Shown: positions 9,046 through 18,763, numbered from the stretch's first letter. The stretch is 59,899 nucleotides of DNA from an uncultured Candidatus Poseidoniales archaeon (GCA_963968475.1 CAXAHE010000001.1:1-59899), one strand, 5' to 3'. Numbers and translations: made by a program. The notes: a model not told the origin generated them from the letters alone.

Positions 9046-9798
9046 ATGATACAGATGCCTACAATCGTTGTTTTAGTCAAGCAAGTACCCGATACCAATG
9101 CAAAAATTGTTGTTCAAGGAGATCGAGTTGACCTCTCATCCGTGAAAATGGTCATGAGTCCATATGATGAGTTTGCAATCGAGACAGCAATCCGTCACAA
9201 GGAAGCGACTGATGGCACAGTAACAGCACTCACCGTTGGTGGACCGGGCTCTGAGAAGATTCTAAAGGACGCAAAGGCAATTGGCGTAGATAACATCGTA
9301 CGTGTTTGGGATGACTCTTGGTCTGAACTTGATTCCAATGCTCTTCAAAGCATTCTTTCAGAAACGATTCAAGGAATGGGCGCTACTGTTGTCTACTGCG
9401 GAAAATCCGCAGCAGATACTGGTGCTGGATCGACTGGTCCTGGGCTCGCTGAAAGACTCGGCTGGGGAAATGCTTCCAACGTTATAGGAGCGGAATTTTC
9501 AGATTCTGTTGTTGTATCAATGCCAGTTGAATCAGGAGTTGCAAAAATCAATGTCACTTTACCAGCAGTCATATCCTGTGACAAAGGGAATTTCAAAGTC
9601 CGTAAGCCAAACGTGAAGGGAATTATGATGGCTAAGAAAGCGAAAGTGGAACTCATGAGCGCTTCAGCCCCATCATCATCGATCAATATTGCATCCCATT
9701 CTATGCCTCCTGCAAAACCTGCAGGAAAAACATTCGAAGGTGGAGCCAGCGCTTCGCAAGTTGCTCAACTTCTTCGTGATGAAGCAAATGTACTATGA
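9046..9798 (+). CDS. etfB: Electron transfer flavoprotein beta subunit
   Basis: IVVLVKQVPDT N-terminus and overall EtfB-like sequence. The true start may be the ATG at 9055. Confidence 0.85.
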   Translation: MIQMPTIVVLVKQVPDTNAKIVVQGDRVDLSSVKMVMSPYDEFAIETAIRHKEATDGTVTALTVGGPGSEKILKDAKAIGVDNIVRVWDDSWSELDSNALQSILSETIQGMGATVVYCGKSAADTGAGSTGPGLAERLGWGNASNVIGAEFSDSVVVSMPVESGVAKINVTLPAVISCDKGNFKVRKPNVKGIMMAKKAKVELMSASAPSSSINIASHSMPPAKPAGKTFEGGASASQVAQLLRDEANVL

Positions 9799-9808
9799 GG
9801 TGAATAAT

Positions 9809-10741
9809 ATGACAAATATGATTGTAATAGCAGAATTATCAAAGGGAAGTATCCATCCTTCAACCGCAGAACTCGTAACAGCAGCCCATGCCTTTGGAGG
9901 AGAACCAATACTTGTTGTTCCATGTACAGACGCATCGATCGCGGACTCAGTTCAATCTCTATCCGGAGTTTCTAAGATCATCGCAGTAAAATCAGATATC
10001 TTTGACGGAAACGACAGCAGCGGATGGGCAAGTGCTCTCGATAGTGCACTTCCTTCTGGAACTGTCCTTTGTCTCGCCACAACACGAAGCAAAGACGTTG
10101 CAGCACGTCTTGCAGCGCGACGAAATATTTCAGTAGTTCAAGACGTCATTCGAATCGATGGAACAGACCTAACTTCTCCAATCTATTCCGGTAAGGCGAA
10201 TCAAACTGTATCGGTTTCTGGAGATGCAGTGATTACTGTACGTGCAAATGTATTCGATTCAGCAGGTAATGATGGCTCCTGTGATGTTTCAGTCGTTGAT
10301 GCATCAGGGGACGTCAAAACAGCTGTGCAAGAGATTATGCAACGGGCAAGCACTCGTCTCGATGTTTCTGAAGCGAACATCGTCATCTCTGGAGGAAGAG
10401 GTATGGGTTCACCTGCTAATTTTGCTCATCTTGAAGCAGTCGCAGATACAATTGGGGCAGCAGTTGGTGCTTCAAGAGCAGCTGTGGACACATGGGATGA
10501 AATCCCTCACTCGATGCAAGTTGGTCAAACTGGGAAGACAGTAAATCCAAATCTCTACATTGCAGTTGGAATTTCTGGTGCGATTCAACATCTTGCTGGG
10601 ATGCGTTCTTCGAAGTATATTGTAGCAATCAACAAAGATGCTGATGCTGCAATCTTTCAACACGCAGATTATGGAATCGTCGCAACATGGGAAGAGGCAT
10701 TACCAGTATTCCAAGAAGCGCTTTCAGCATTGCTTGATTAA
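9809..10741 (+). CDS. etfA: Electron transfer flavoprotein alpha subunit
   Basis: The ORF-track start at 9689 overlaps etfB. The ATG at 9809 (MTNMIVIAE..) follows GAGG and the etfB stop. The C-terminal FAD-binding block is PNLYIAVGISGAIQHLAGM..IVAINKDADAAIF. Confidence 0.85.
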   Translation: MTNMIVIAELSKGSIHPSTAELVTAAHAFGGEPILVVPCTDASIADSVQSLSGVSKIIAVKSDIFDGNDSSGWASALDSALPSGTVLCLATTRSKDVAARLAARRNISVVQDVIRIDGTDLTSPIYSGKANQTVSVSGDAVITVRANVFDSAGNDGSCDVSVVDASGDVKTAVQEIMQRASTRLDVSEANIVISGGRGMGSPANFAHLEAVADTIGAAVGASRAAVDTWDEIPHSMQVGQTGKTVNPNLYIAVGISGAIQHLAGMRSSKYIVAINKDADAAIFQHADYGIVATWEEALPVFQEALSALLD

Positions 10742-11493
10742 GCATATTTTCCAAACGTAAAGGTTCCACCTTCGCCTGCAGAATCACCAACGAATGGATT
10801 CGTCGTTTTCTCATGACCGATCGTGGTTAGGGGTCCATGTCCAGGATGAACAATTGTCTCAGGATTTAATGGCCACAACTTCGTTCGAATACTGTTTGAA
10901 AGGACATTGAAATCCCCTCCAGTATTTTCTAAATCAGTTCTCCCCACAGATCCTGCAAATAAGGTGTCTCCAACAAACAAATGGTCGGCTTCATCATCAA
11001 TCAGTAATCGAAGGCAACATCCTCCGAGCGTATGGCCTGGTGTATGAAGAATTTCAAATTCAATAGAGCCGAGTTTCAACATCTCATCGTCCTGAATCTC
11101 AACATCAGCAAGAGCAGGTTCAGGAAGATGGATTCCATATCGAACCGCTGCTGTTTTTGCCAATGTTTGAAGGAAAGTATCATCTGGATGAAGATACCAT
11201 TCCACATTGTAATGTTGCTTGAGTGTGGGTATGTGTCCACTGTGGTCAAAATGGGCATGCGTATTCAAGAGAGCAACGACATTACGTTGAATCTCTTGTG
11301 TATCCTCTTTGGAATAGTTTGACCAATTAGGCCCGTTACCTTCACAATTCTCTATCCAATTGATCAGACGTTGAGGCTCATCACCACCATCGATAATCAC
11401 AGTATCGCCTGTTTGAACATCGGTTACAACAGAGCATCTCATCTGAAGTGGTCCGACTAGAAAGTTCTCAATCAGTGGAGATTGGACGCCCAT
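10738..11493 (-). CDS. MBL-fold metallo-hydrolase (glyoxalase II-like)
   Basis: HAHFDHSGH (HxHxDH), HTPGHT and a later HPGHG are present. 251 aa. Confidence 0.8.
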   Translation of the reverse strand: MGVQSPLIENFLVGPLQMRCSVVTDVQTGDTVIIDGGDEPQRLINWIENCEGNGPNWSNYSKEDTQEIQRNVVALLNTHAHFDHSGHIPTLKQHYNVEWYLHPDDTFLQTLAKTAAVRYGIHLPEPALADVEIQDDEMLKLGSIEFEILHTPGHTLGGCCLRLLIDDEADHLFVGDTLFAGSVGRTDLENTGGDFNVLSNSIRTKLWPLNPETIVHPGHGPLTTIGHEKTTNPFVGDSAGEGGTFTFGKYA

Positions 11494-11515
11494 GTCAATC
11501 GCAGGAACTCCACCT

Positions 11516-13081
11516 TCATGAGTCTGAGGATAGGATTGTGATTTGAACGTAATCCGTTGTTAAGACACCATCTGTTGCTTCAACCCTCAGTTCAAATTGA
11601 TGCGTACCGATTGGAAGTTTCACCTTCACTTTCTGAGAAGTAGCAATCTCCTTTCCAGTCGAATCCAGCCATGACCAACGGGCAATGTTGCTTTGAGGAT
11701 CCTTTGTATTCGAAGCATCAAGAGTCAGTATGAGCGAATTTTCGCCCATTTCAAGCACATAAGTTTGGTCATCACCTGCATGGGCTGACGGTGGTATGAA
11801 TACTTCACTCGATTCATGGAGCATGCTCAATAAATCATCGGCTTCTTCTTCATCAATGTCTTCGATTGATTGACTAATTTCATTCAACGCATCCGATAAA
11901 GCATCGAATGCAAACTCTTCAATCCGATCGGAATCAGTAAGCATCTCTCTCTCTCCTTCAGACAACAAAGATTCAAAGTCATCTACGTTTCTATAGACAA
12001 CTTCTGGATTGGTTTCCGCAAAGACTACCTCTTTCTCAAACCAGCCTTGTAGAAATGAGTCATCAACTTCAACAGGTTCTTGAGAGATGCTGCAGATTCC
12101 AACAGGTTCAGCCTCTGTCCAGTCGTTTTGATCCTCTCCGAAAAAGAGCATTTTTGTTTGATTCTTGTTGATAATAATTTGTTCAACTAATCCCTTGTGC
12201 TCGATGGTCCAATCAATTTCGTTTGTGACTAAATTAATGCCATATATATTGAACCAAGTTCCAACGAGTAAGTGCTTTTCAGTTAATTCTAAACATCGTA
12301 TAGCATAAGGAAATTGATGTATTTTAGTCAACTCGTACGTATCTGAAACATGAAGGATTGATCCATCATCTAATCCGAGATATTGAATTTGGTTTTTGGA
12401 AGAAAATGCCCGAACACGACCAGTAATCTCAGACCTAGAAACCCGTTCATGTCCTGCAAAGAATTCAATTTCCAAGGCTTCTTCATCCCCTGGAACTAAC
12501 GCATGGCCTTCTCTTGCTACGAACCAAGTCGAGTTGAGCCCCTTGCCATAATTGACAATGTCCTCTCCAATTTCGCCTCGCTGTTCCCGAGAGAACACTT
12601 CTTCGAATGATGAATTAATCTTCTTTACTTCACTTTGTTCAGTTAGCAACAAGAAACCATCTTGAAGAGGTTCGAATGAGATGATTTGTTGATATTTTGT
12701 TGGATGTTCTTTACCATCAAATGTGAGGTATCGTAGAGTTCCAATACCGTCGAGAACAGTAATCTGTTGATGGATATGGGCTTTTGCTCCACCAGCCTCG
12801 AGTTTGAATGTCCACTCAACCTCTCCGTTCTGGCTGTACATATGGACCCCTTCGACTTCGTCTATGACGAGGAATTTCTCATTGTGCCAAATCACTTCGA
12901 TTATCGCTGAACTAAATTTGAATGTATTTTCAAGGTGCTGCCCTTCTTCGTCTAACGAATACAGTAAAACTGTTCCTTTGCAATCTCCAATTAGTAGCTT
13001 GTCACCAGAAGCATTTACTGAGATGGTATTCACTTTCTCTTCATTATGAATCGAATCGATTGAAGGAAGTGTTTGGACCAT
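11516..13081 (-). CDS. Hypothetical protein: beta-propeller-like N-terminus, acidic linker, Ig/PKD-like C-terminal domain
   Basis: 521 aa with no signal peptide. WD40/PQQ-like repeated strands are present, followed by an acidic stretch (EDIDEEEADD). The C-terminal WSWLDSTGKEI..GTHQFELRVEATDG..VQITI resembles a PKD/Ig fold. Confidence 0.55.
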   Translation of the reverse strand: MVQTLPSIDSIHNEEKVNTISVNASGDKLLIGDCKGTVLLYSLDEEGQHLENTFKFSSAIIEVIWHNEKFLVIDEVEGVHMYSQNGEVEWTFKLEAGGAKAHIHQQITVLDGIGTLRYLTFDGKEHPTKYQQIISFEPLQDGFLLLTEQSEVKKINSSFEEVFSREQRGEIGEDIVNYGKGLNSTWFVAREGHALVPGDEEALEIEFFAGHERVSRSEITGRVRAFSSKNQIQYLGLDDGSILHVSDTYELTKIHQFPYAIRCLELTEKHLLVGTWFNIYGINLVTNEIDWTIEHKGLVEQIIINKNQTKMLFFGEDQNDWTEAEPVGICSISQEPVEVDDSFLQGWFEKEVVFAETNPEVVYRNVDDFESLLSEGEREMLTDSDRIEEFAFDALSDALNEISQSIEDIDEEEADDLLSMLHESSEVFIPPSAHAGDDQTYVLEMGENSLILTLDASNTKDPQSNIARWSWLDSTGKEIATSQKVKVKLPIGTHQFELRVEATDGVLTTDYVQITILSSDS

Positions 13082-13126
13082 GGTTTAACCAAAGGCTCGG
13101 CGGTTATAGCCTGATGCTTTTTCTGT

Positions 13127-14668
13127 TCAAATCTGATGATTGTGCATGTCAATACTTCGCTCATCATCCATTGATTCTTCAACCTTTGAAGCATCATTTC
13201 TTGCTTCTCTTAGTTTTTCGAGGTATTCTGAATCAATGTCGCCAGTAATGTATTGTCCATCGAAACATGAACTATCAAATCCATCGAGTCCACATCCTTT
13301 CCGCATGGTTACTTCGATTAAATCTTCCAGCGTTTGATAGAACAAACGATCTGAACCTATTGTCTGATTAATCTCTTCTATGGATTTTCCGTTGGCTATG
13401 AATTCATCTACTGCTGGCATGTCTATCCCATACACATTTGGATGGCGTACTGGAGGTGCAGCGGATGCAAAGTAAACCTTGGCAGCCCCAACTTCTCTGG
13501 CCATTTCAATAATCTGAGCGCTTGTTGTTCCGCGAACAATTGAATCATCGACAAGAAGTATATTTTTACCACTAAATTCTCTTGGAATTGCATTGAGTTT
13601 TCGACGGACAGATTTCATTCTCATCTCTTGTCCAGGCATGATAAATGTGCGTCCTACATATCGGTTCTTAACGAATCCTTCTCGATAAGGAACATTGAGA
13701 ATATTCGCCATTTGTAGGGCAGATATTCGGCCTGAATCGGGTACTGGAATAACTGCATCAATGTCATGGTCAGGCCATTGTTCGAGTAACCTCTCTGCTA
13801 GACGTTCCCCTTGATTCAAACGAGCTTGATAGACAGAGATTCCATCGATTGTCGAATCTGGGCGGGCGAAGTAAACATGCTCGAAAATACACGGTGTGAA
13901 TGGACGAGGCTCAGCACATTGTTTGACAAAAAGGTGTCCAGAGGATGAAATGAATATCGCTTCTCCTGGCTTGACATCTGAAACAATCTCGAATCCAAGG
14001 GCGGTAATCGCAACGGATTCGCTTGCAACAACCCATTCAGTTCCTCCATCATATTCTCTCTTGCCATAGACAAGTGGGCGAATGCCATGGGGATCTCTGA
14101 AGGCGAAGAGCCCATATCCATTGACAATTCCAACACAAGCATAGCCTCCTCGAACAGACTCATTGACATCACTTATTGCGTCAAAGAAAGAATCTACATT
14201 GAGGAATGGTTCACCATTTATGCTCATTTGATCGCTTTGAAGATCGAGCTGTACAGCAAGATGATTCAACAGTACTTCAGAATCACTTGTTGTATTCACG
14301 TGTCGACGATGTTCAGCAATGAGGCTTTTTTGTATCTCATCGCTGTTGGTTAGATTTCCATTATGAGCCAAGGCCAATCCATATGGTGAGTTTACGTAAA
14401 ATGGTTGAGCTTCTGCTGTTGAAGAAGATCCGGCAGTAGGATAGCGGACGTGGCCAATACCTACGTGTCCCAGCAATTTTTGCATATGTCGCTTGTAGAA
14501 TACATCGGAGACAAGACCGTTTCCTTTTCTGAGATTGAATTTCTCATTGTGCTCGGTCATTATCCCAGCCGCATCTTGGCCTCTGTGTTGAAGCACAGTC
14601 AAGCCATCATAGAGTGCTTGGTTCACGTGTGAACCGTGTCGACCAACTATTCCGATGATGCCGCACAT
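13127..14668 (-). CDS. purF: Amidophosphoribosyltransferase
   Basis: MCGIIGIVG is the N-terminal nucleophile. The PRPP-binding block is [14 protein letters not shown]. 513 aa. Confidence 0.9.
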   Translation of the reverse strand: MCGIIGIVGRHGSHVNQALYDGLTVLQHRGQDAAGIMTEHNEKFNLRKGNGLVSDVFYKRHMQKLLGHVGIGHVRYPTAGSSSTAEAQPFYVNSPYGLALAHNGNLTNSDEIQKSLIAEHRRHVNTTSDSEVLLNHLAVQLDLQSDQMSINGEPFLNVDSFFDAISDVNESVRGGYACVGIVNGYGLFAFRDPHGIRPLVYGKREYDGGTEWVVASESVAITALGFEIVSDVKPGEAIFISSSGHLFVKQCAEPRPFTPCIFEHVYFARPDSTIDGISVYQARLNQGERLAERLLEQWPDHDIDAVIPVPDSGRISALQMANILNVPYREGFVKNRYVGRTFIMPGQEMRMKSVRRKLNAIPREFSGKNILLVDDSIVRGTTSAQIIEMAREVGAAKVYFASAAPPVRHPNVYGIDMPAVDEFIANGKSIEEINQTIGSDRLFYQTLEDLIEVTMRKGCGLDGFDSSCFDGQYITGDIDSEYLEKLREARNDASKVEESMDDERSIDMHNHQI

Positions 14669-14723
14669 GTGATTCCCTGTGTCGAGACAGTCGCGGCGCC
14701 TTTGTATTCATTGCGCTTGTTGT

Positions 14724-14903
14724 TCAAGCCTTAGGACGGTGAGATTTCTTGTTCCAGCTGTAGGTGCGCATGCGAGCAGTAGCCCCATATCCGCACGATG
14801 CACAAACACTTTTCTGCTTGTGATAGGCATTTCTTCCACAGCGTCTGCAGCGGATGTGTGTTGACTTTTGTCGACGACCCATTGATGGTGTACCCTTTGA
14901 CAT
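14724..14903 (-). CDS. rpl37e: Ribosomal protein eL37 (L37e)
   Basis: 59 codons, so below the ORF-track cutoff. Manual translation gives [59 protein letters not shown], with CxxC..CxxC. GGTGAG lies just upstream of the ATG. The listed ORF 14708..14911(-) is a different frame. Confidence 0.85.
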   Translation of the reverse strand: MSKGTPSMGRRQKSTHIRCRRCGRNAYHKQKSVCASCGYGATARMRTYSWNKKSHRPKA

Positions 14904-14978
14904 ATACTCACCTCGATGTCGAAGCCACCTGCCTTCTCCTTATCAAGGCAACGCTAAGAGAATACCCTGATAAATTGG

Positions 14979-15431
14979 TCATTCCTTGCTTTGATTTCTA
15001 GAAGTGATGTTTACAAATGCCACGAAGATCATGATCACAACTGCAACCAACACTGCCAGGGCTGTGACAATAAAGTGCACTATATTGGTTAATATTTGGG
15101 CTCTACTGCCGCTATTGTCTTCCAATAAAAATCCACCTTGTGATGTAAGGAGGACAGATACAATAATTCCTAGAATTGCTGCATAAGACATTCCGATCCA
15201 CGGCGCTTTTGGTTCATTCCTACTCTTTGAGTATCTGAACATATTAACAATGAAAAAGATTGATGTCAGTGTATATGTGGTAAGGAACGCGTTTGCAAAT
15301 CGAGCGAATCCTCTTGACAAATCAGCATCAGTTGAATTATTTGCTATCGTTAGGATTACACTTGGTAGGATAAGAATGATGCCTGCAATTAGTATGACTC
15401 GTTGTTTCGGGGTCTCACTCATTTTCTTCAC
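14979..15431 (-). CDS. Small integral membrane protein (about 4 TM)
   Basis: 150 aa with four long hydrophobic segments. It overlaps the upstream membrane gene by 17 nt. Confidence 0.55.
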   Translation of the reverse strand: MKKMSETPKQRVILIAGIILILPSVILTIANNSTDADLSRGFARFANAFLTTYTLTSIFFIVNMFRYSKSRNEPKAPWIGMSYAAILGIIVSVLLTSQGGFLLEDNSGSRAQILTNIVHFIVTALAVLVAVVIMIFVAFVNITSRNQSKE

Positions 15432-16218
15432 CTCCTATGTTTTTTCGAATCACTTCTGCGGCTAATTCGAGTTGCTCGCTTGAAGGTGGAGGCAAATGGC
15501 CTATTCCTGGACGCTTTCTCTCATATTGCCAGATTGTTAACGCAAACACGATGATGGAGAGGCCGAGTCCAGCAAGGATTCCGAAGAGGTCGCTTGTTGC
15601 AAGCCACACCGACGTGCTAAATTGGTTCGTATTCGTATAGGCATTGTCAGTATACAATCCTAGAAAGAGGAACCCAAACGAAAATAATCCTAGAATAAAC
15701 AGATTTCGTGATACATCGTTTCGGTCCTCTCCAATATGCTTGACCACGTACGAACCACAGAATAGAATGCTGCTCATTCCAAGTAAGAATGTAGGACGGA
15801 AAATAAGCCAATACTTGTTTGTTTCACCTTCCCAAAGAAGGGATGGCAACCAATTTTCATCATACCAATTCATTGTTTCCAATAGGGCGAATCCGAAAAT
15901 AAAGAGCAATAGGCCTAACGGTCTAAGTCTGGGATTGAAACGCTGGACAGGGATGTCTCCTGAGAATGTTGCTATGTATAGCCCGACGAAGATCAACAAA
16001 AGAGCAGGAAGAATTGCAACAATCAATGCAGAAGATGCGGCGGAAGGTGATTCTGGAACAGTCAAGAATGAAGCGAGATAAAGTCCTCCTCCTAAAAGAA
16101 GAAAGCCCTTTCCGAGATTCTGTAGGGAGTGCTGGCGGCGGAATTGCATTGCGATGCCGAGAGATGCAATGGCGAGGGGTATCCAAAGGAGCAATGCCGC
16201 TCTGATTTCGTCTTGCAT
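15415..16218 (-). CDS. Polytopic integral membrane protein
   Basis: 267 aa with multiple hydrophobic helices. I recognise no family. Confidence 0.6.
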   Translation of the reverse strand: MQDEIRAALLLWIPLAIASLGIAMQFRRQHSLQNLGKGFLLLGGGLYLASFLTVPESPSAASSALIVAILPALLLIFVGLYIATFSGDIPVQRFNPRLRPLGLLLFIFGFALLETMNWYDENWLPSLLWEGETNKYWLIFRPTFLLGMSSILFCGSYVVKHIGEDRNDVSRNLFILGLFSFGFLFLGLYTDNAYTNTNQFSTSVWLATSDLFGILAGLGLSIIVFALTIWQYERKRPGIGHLPPPSSEQLELAAEVIRKNIGGEENE

Positions 16219-16349
16219 GACCGTAGTTCATGGTATTAGACTTATCAATATCCCTGCATTTTTCCTTGTTGTTGGGCGTATTGCTTTGGAATTCTCTTAC
16301 GACAGCAATAAATACCCGTCGATTGTCGCCAAGACGTTCAGGTGAAGAC

Positions 16350-16634
16350 ATGGTTAAGATGCCTCGTCAAATTAAGCGATATAGTCCGTCTGCTGGTAAG
16401 CACACTCTTCACACTGTTGAGCGTGTCAAAAAGAAGCGAGCTTCCGAGCTTCGCTGGGGTCAACGCCGTTTCCGTAAGGTAATGCGTGGATACCGTGGTT
16501 TCCCACGTCCTAAACCGGATGGTCGTGAAAAGCCTACCAAGCGCGTAAACATTCTCTATCGCTGCACTGAAACAGGTAAAGCACATTATGCACCATGTAA
16601 GCGTGCTAAGAAATTCGAACTAATTGATCGATGA
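16350..16634 (+). CDS. rpl44e: Ribosomal protein eL42 (L44e), cysteine-poor variant
   Basis: The ORF-track start at 16230 is over-extended. The ATG at 16350 follows GGTGA. The sequence MVKMPRQIKRYSPSAGKHTLHTVERVKKKRASELRWGQRRFRKV..GFPRPKPDGREKPTKRVNILYRCTETGKAH..KKFELI matches L44e. Confidence 0.85.
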   Translation: MVKMPRQIKRYSPSAGKHTLHTVERVKKKRASELRWGQRRFRKVMRGYRGFPRPKPDGREKPTKRVNILYRCTETGKAHYAPCKRAKKFELIDR

Positions 16635-16644
16635 GGTGTAAGAA

Positions 16645-16815
16645 ATGTCTGGCGAATTCATCAAAGTATCCTGCAAAGATTGTGGAAACGAATCTATTCT
16701 GTTTTCACGAGCAACAACCGTAATCTCCTGTGGTGTCTGTGGCGCCACTCTGACAAATCCTTCAGGTGGAAAAGCAAACCTCGTTGGCTGCACCGTCTTA
16801 GAGACAATGGAATAA
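16645..16815 (+). CDS. rps27e: Ribosomal protein eS27 (S27e)
   Basis: 56 codons, so below the ORF-track cutoff. Manual translation gives MSGEFIKVSCKDCGNESILFSRATTVISCGVCGATLTNPSGGKANLVGCTVLETME, with the CxxC..CxxC ribbon. Confidence 0.85.
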   Translation: MSGEFIKVSCKDCGNESILFSRATTVISCGVCGATLTNPSGGKANLVGCTVLETME

Positions 16816-16830
16816 GGAGGCTGAGCCTCC
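16816..16830 (+). promoter_or_regulatory. GC-rich palindrome/hairpin GGAGGCTGAGCCTCC containing the aIF2-alpha Shine-Dalgarno sequence
   Basis: A perfect 7+1+7 palindrome lies between the rps27e stop (16813-16815) and the aIF2-alpha ATG (16831). GGAGG (16816-16820) can pair with CCTCC (16826-16830). Confidence 0.4.
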
Positions 16831-17616
16831 ATGCCAACAGACCTCGTTTACCCTGAAGAGGGAGAACTTGTCGTTGTATCTGTAAAAAGCGTTAAGCAAA
16901 ATGGTGCTGACGTTACTCTTGATGAATACGAAGGCGTAGATGGATTCATTTTTATTGGTGAAATCGCAAGTGGATGGATCAAAAACATTCGTAGGTTTGT
17001 ACGGGAAGGGCAACGCCTCATCTGTAAAGTGATGCCAAGCCGAATGGATGGAAGTTCACTCAAACTCTCTTTGAAATCTGTTTCCGAAGAGAGACGTCGT
17101 GATCGCCTTCAACAATGGAAGAACGAACAAAGAGCACTTCAACTGTTCAAAGTTCTTGGCGAAGCTCAAAAATGGGAGCAAAAGTTTGCTTCCGAACTCC
17201 TCGATCAACTAATAGAATCCTATGAGACGCTTTACGGAGCATTCGAAGAGGCTGCAATGAGTGAAGGAACACTTGTGGACGCAGGATTTGAAGGTGATTG
17301 GATTGCAGCATTCATTGAAATTGCAGTTGAGAACATTATTCCACCATTTGTTGAGATTCGTGGGACTTTGACACTAACAGTTGAGACCAATGACGGCGTT
17401 TTAACAATTCGAGAGGCTCTATTAGCCGCTGAGAAACTCTCTTCAGAAGAACAAGAAATAGAAGTAAATTGTTTCTATGATGGTTCTCCAGAATACCGGA
17501 TTGAATTGAAGGCTCCTGATTTTAAGACAGCTGAAGATACATGGACCGAAGCAATTAAAGCAACTGTTTCGGTTATTGAAAATGCTGGTGGAACAGCCCT
17601 TGCTTACAGAGAGTGA
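16831..17616 (+). CDS. eif2a: Translation initiation factor aIF2 alpha subunit
   Basis: It has an S1-domain N-terminus (GELVVVSVKSVKQNGADVTLDEYEGVDGFIFIGEIASGWIKNIRRFVREGQ). 261 aa. It sits in the conserved L44e-S27e-aIF2alpha-Nop10 order. Confidence 0.85.
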   Translation: MPTDLVYPEEGELVVVSVKSVKQNGADVTLDEYEGVDGFIFIGEIASGWIKNIRRFVREGQRLICKVMPSRMDGSSLKLSLKSVSEERRRDRLQQWKNEQRALQLFKVLGEAQKWEQKFASELLDQLIESYETLYGAFEEAAMSEGTLVDAGFEGDWIAAFIEIAVENIIPPFVEIRGTLTLTVETNDGVLTIREALLAAEKLSSEEQEIEVNCFYDGSPEYRIELKAPDFKTAEDTWTEAIKATVSVIENAGGTALAYRE

Positions 17617-17621
17617 AAGTT

Positions 17622-17864
17622 ATGGCGCGTCAACTTCTTCAACAATGCACAGTTTGTAACGCATGGTGTCTTGAGACAACATGCCCTCAGTGTGGCGGTA
17701 AGGCTCAGGCTGCTGCGCCACTAAAGTGGTCTCCAGAAGATCACCGTGCAAAGATTCGTCGAACACTAAACAATGTTGAAACTCCTGAGTGGAGTGCTTC
17801 CATACCAACTCTTCCTTCAGTGGTAGAATTGCGTGCTGGTCATGGCAACAAGGAAGAAGAATGA
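17622..17864 (+). CDS. nop10: H/ACA RNP protein Nop10
   Basis: Has CTVC..CPQCGGKAQAAAPLKWSPEDHRAKIRR, a zinc ribbon plus the PxxFSPED-like block. An alternative GTG start at 17613 overlaps the aIF2-alpha stop. There is a C-terminal extension of about 25-30 aa relative to what I remember for Nop10. Confidence 0.75.
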   Translation: MARQLLQQCTVCNAWCLETTCPQCGGKAQAAAPLKWSPEDHRAKIRRTLNNVETPEWSASIPTLPSVVELRAGHGNKEEE

Positions 17865-17924
17865 ATCTCTTCTTGCATCTTCATTGTGAAACATTATACT
17901 CCGTAAGGGTAGGCTTTGTGAATC

Positions 17925-18677
17925 ATGCCACTTCTAATCGACACTACAAGCGAACATGGTCTACCAACTGCTGATCTTCTTTTGTTTGCCCTTCCTGGGG
18001 TTGGAGATGTTGGAAAGAACGCTATTGAAATGCTAAACGAATCAAGTCAAGCCGAGAGAGTCGCTCGATTTATCCATCCAGGCCTAGCACCATTAGCAAG
18101 ATTGGATGAGGATGGGCTTCTTGCGCCACCTCACCTCTATGCATCCTTGTTCACAACTCCCACTGGCCAGCGCGTGATGACTGTAACAGGGCCTGGTCAA
18201 CCAAGTGATCCGTCTCATCAATATGATTTCACTCAGGAATTACTTGAGGTATTTTCAAAAGCAGAACTGCCCGAAATGCTCGTTCTAGCTGGACTCTCCT
18301 CTCCTCCAGAAAGGAAGGAAGCCTTTGTTGTTGCATCCTCCTCTGCACACCGTGTCAATATGGAAGAAAAAGGAGTAGACGTCCGTCGAGACCAGCCTTC
18401 TGGAGGGGCGATTGGAATGTCTGCATTAATGGCTTCAATGGGACCCATTTTCGGTATTCATTCTGCTTGTGCTATGGCGACAACAGTTGGAGCAAGCGGC
18501 GACGTACATGCCTCTCTCCGTCTTCTTGAATCGATAAGTGAAGGATGGTCTCTTGACCTTATTCTTCCAGATGATGTCACCTCTGGCGTCATACAAAAGT
18601 TGCTCGAAATTGCTCCTAAGAATTCTGCAGATCACGTACGTGAATTGACAGAAGAACCGGATGCATTCTACATCTGA
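17925..18677 (+). CDS. PAC2-family (proteasome assembly chaperone-like) protein
   Basis: FALPGVGDVGKNAIEMLNE resembles the G-x-PG-x-G-x-VG N-terminal block of archaeal PAC2/COG1938-type proteins. Its position after nop10 is common in archaea, from memory. Confidence 0.45.
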   Translation: MPLLIDTTSEHGLPTADLLLFALPGVGDVGKNAIEMLNESSQAERVARFIHPGLAPLARLDEDGLLAPPHLYASLFTTPTGQRVMTVTGPGQPSDPSHQYDFTQELLEVFSKAELPEMLVLAGLSSPPERKEAFVVASSSAHRVNMEEKGVDVRRDQPSGGAIGMSALMASMGPIFGIHSACAMATTVGASGDVHASLRLLESISEGWSLDLILPDDVTSGVIQKLLEIAPKNSADHVRELTEEPDAFYI

Positions 18678-18763
18678 TGGCGCCGAGAGAGGGATTTGAA
18701 CCCCCGCGTCCATGGGACAGTGGATTTCGAATCCACCGCAATACCGGGCTATGCGATCTCGGC
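18678..18763 (-). tRNA. tRNA-Ser (anticodon CGA), genomically encoded CCA
   Basis: Reverse complement: GCCGAGA-TC-GCA-TAGCCCGGTAT-TGC-G-GTGGA-TTCGAAA-TCCAC-TGTCCCATGGACGC-GGGGG-TTCAAAT-CCCTC-TCTCGGC-G-CCA. It has a 7-bp acceptor stem and anticodon loop TT-CGA-AA. The 14-nt variable arm has its own stem (GTCC/GGAC), so this is a class II tRNA. The T-loop is TTCAAAT. Confidence 0.85.

Noticed and set aside
9689-9808. N-terminal extensions proposed by the track for etfA (9689), rpl44e (16230), rpl10e (25143), the LON-N protein (33305) and nuclease B (20931)
   Set aside because: The extensions overlap the preceding gene or lack homology. Internal ATGs preceded by SD-like GGTGA/GAGG give N-termini that match the family or the paralog.
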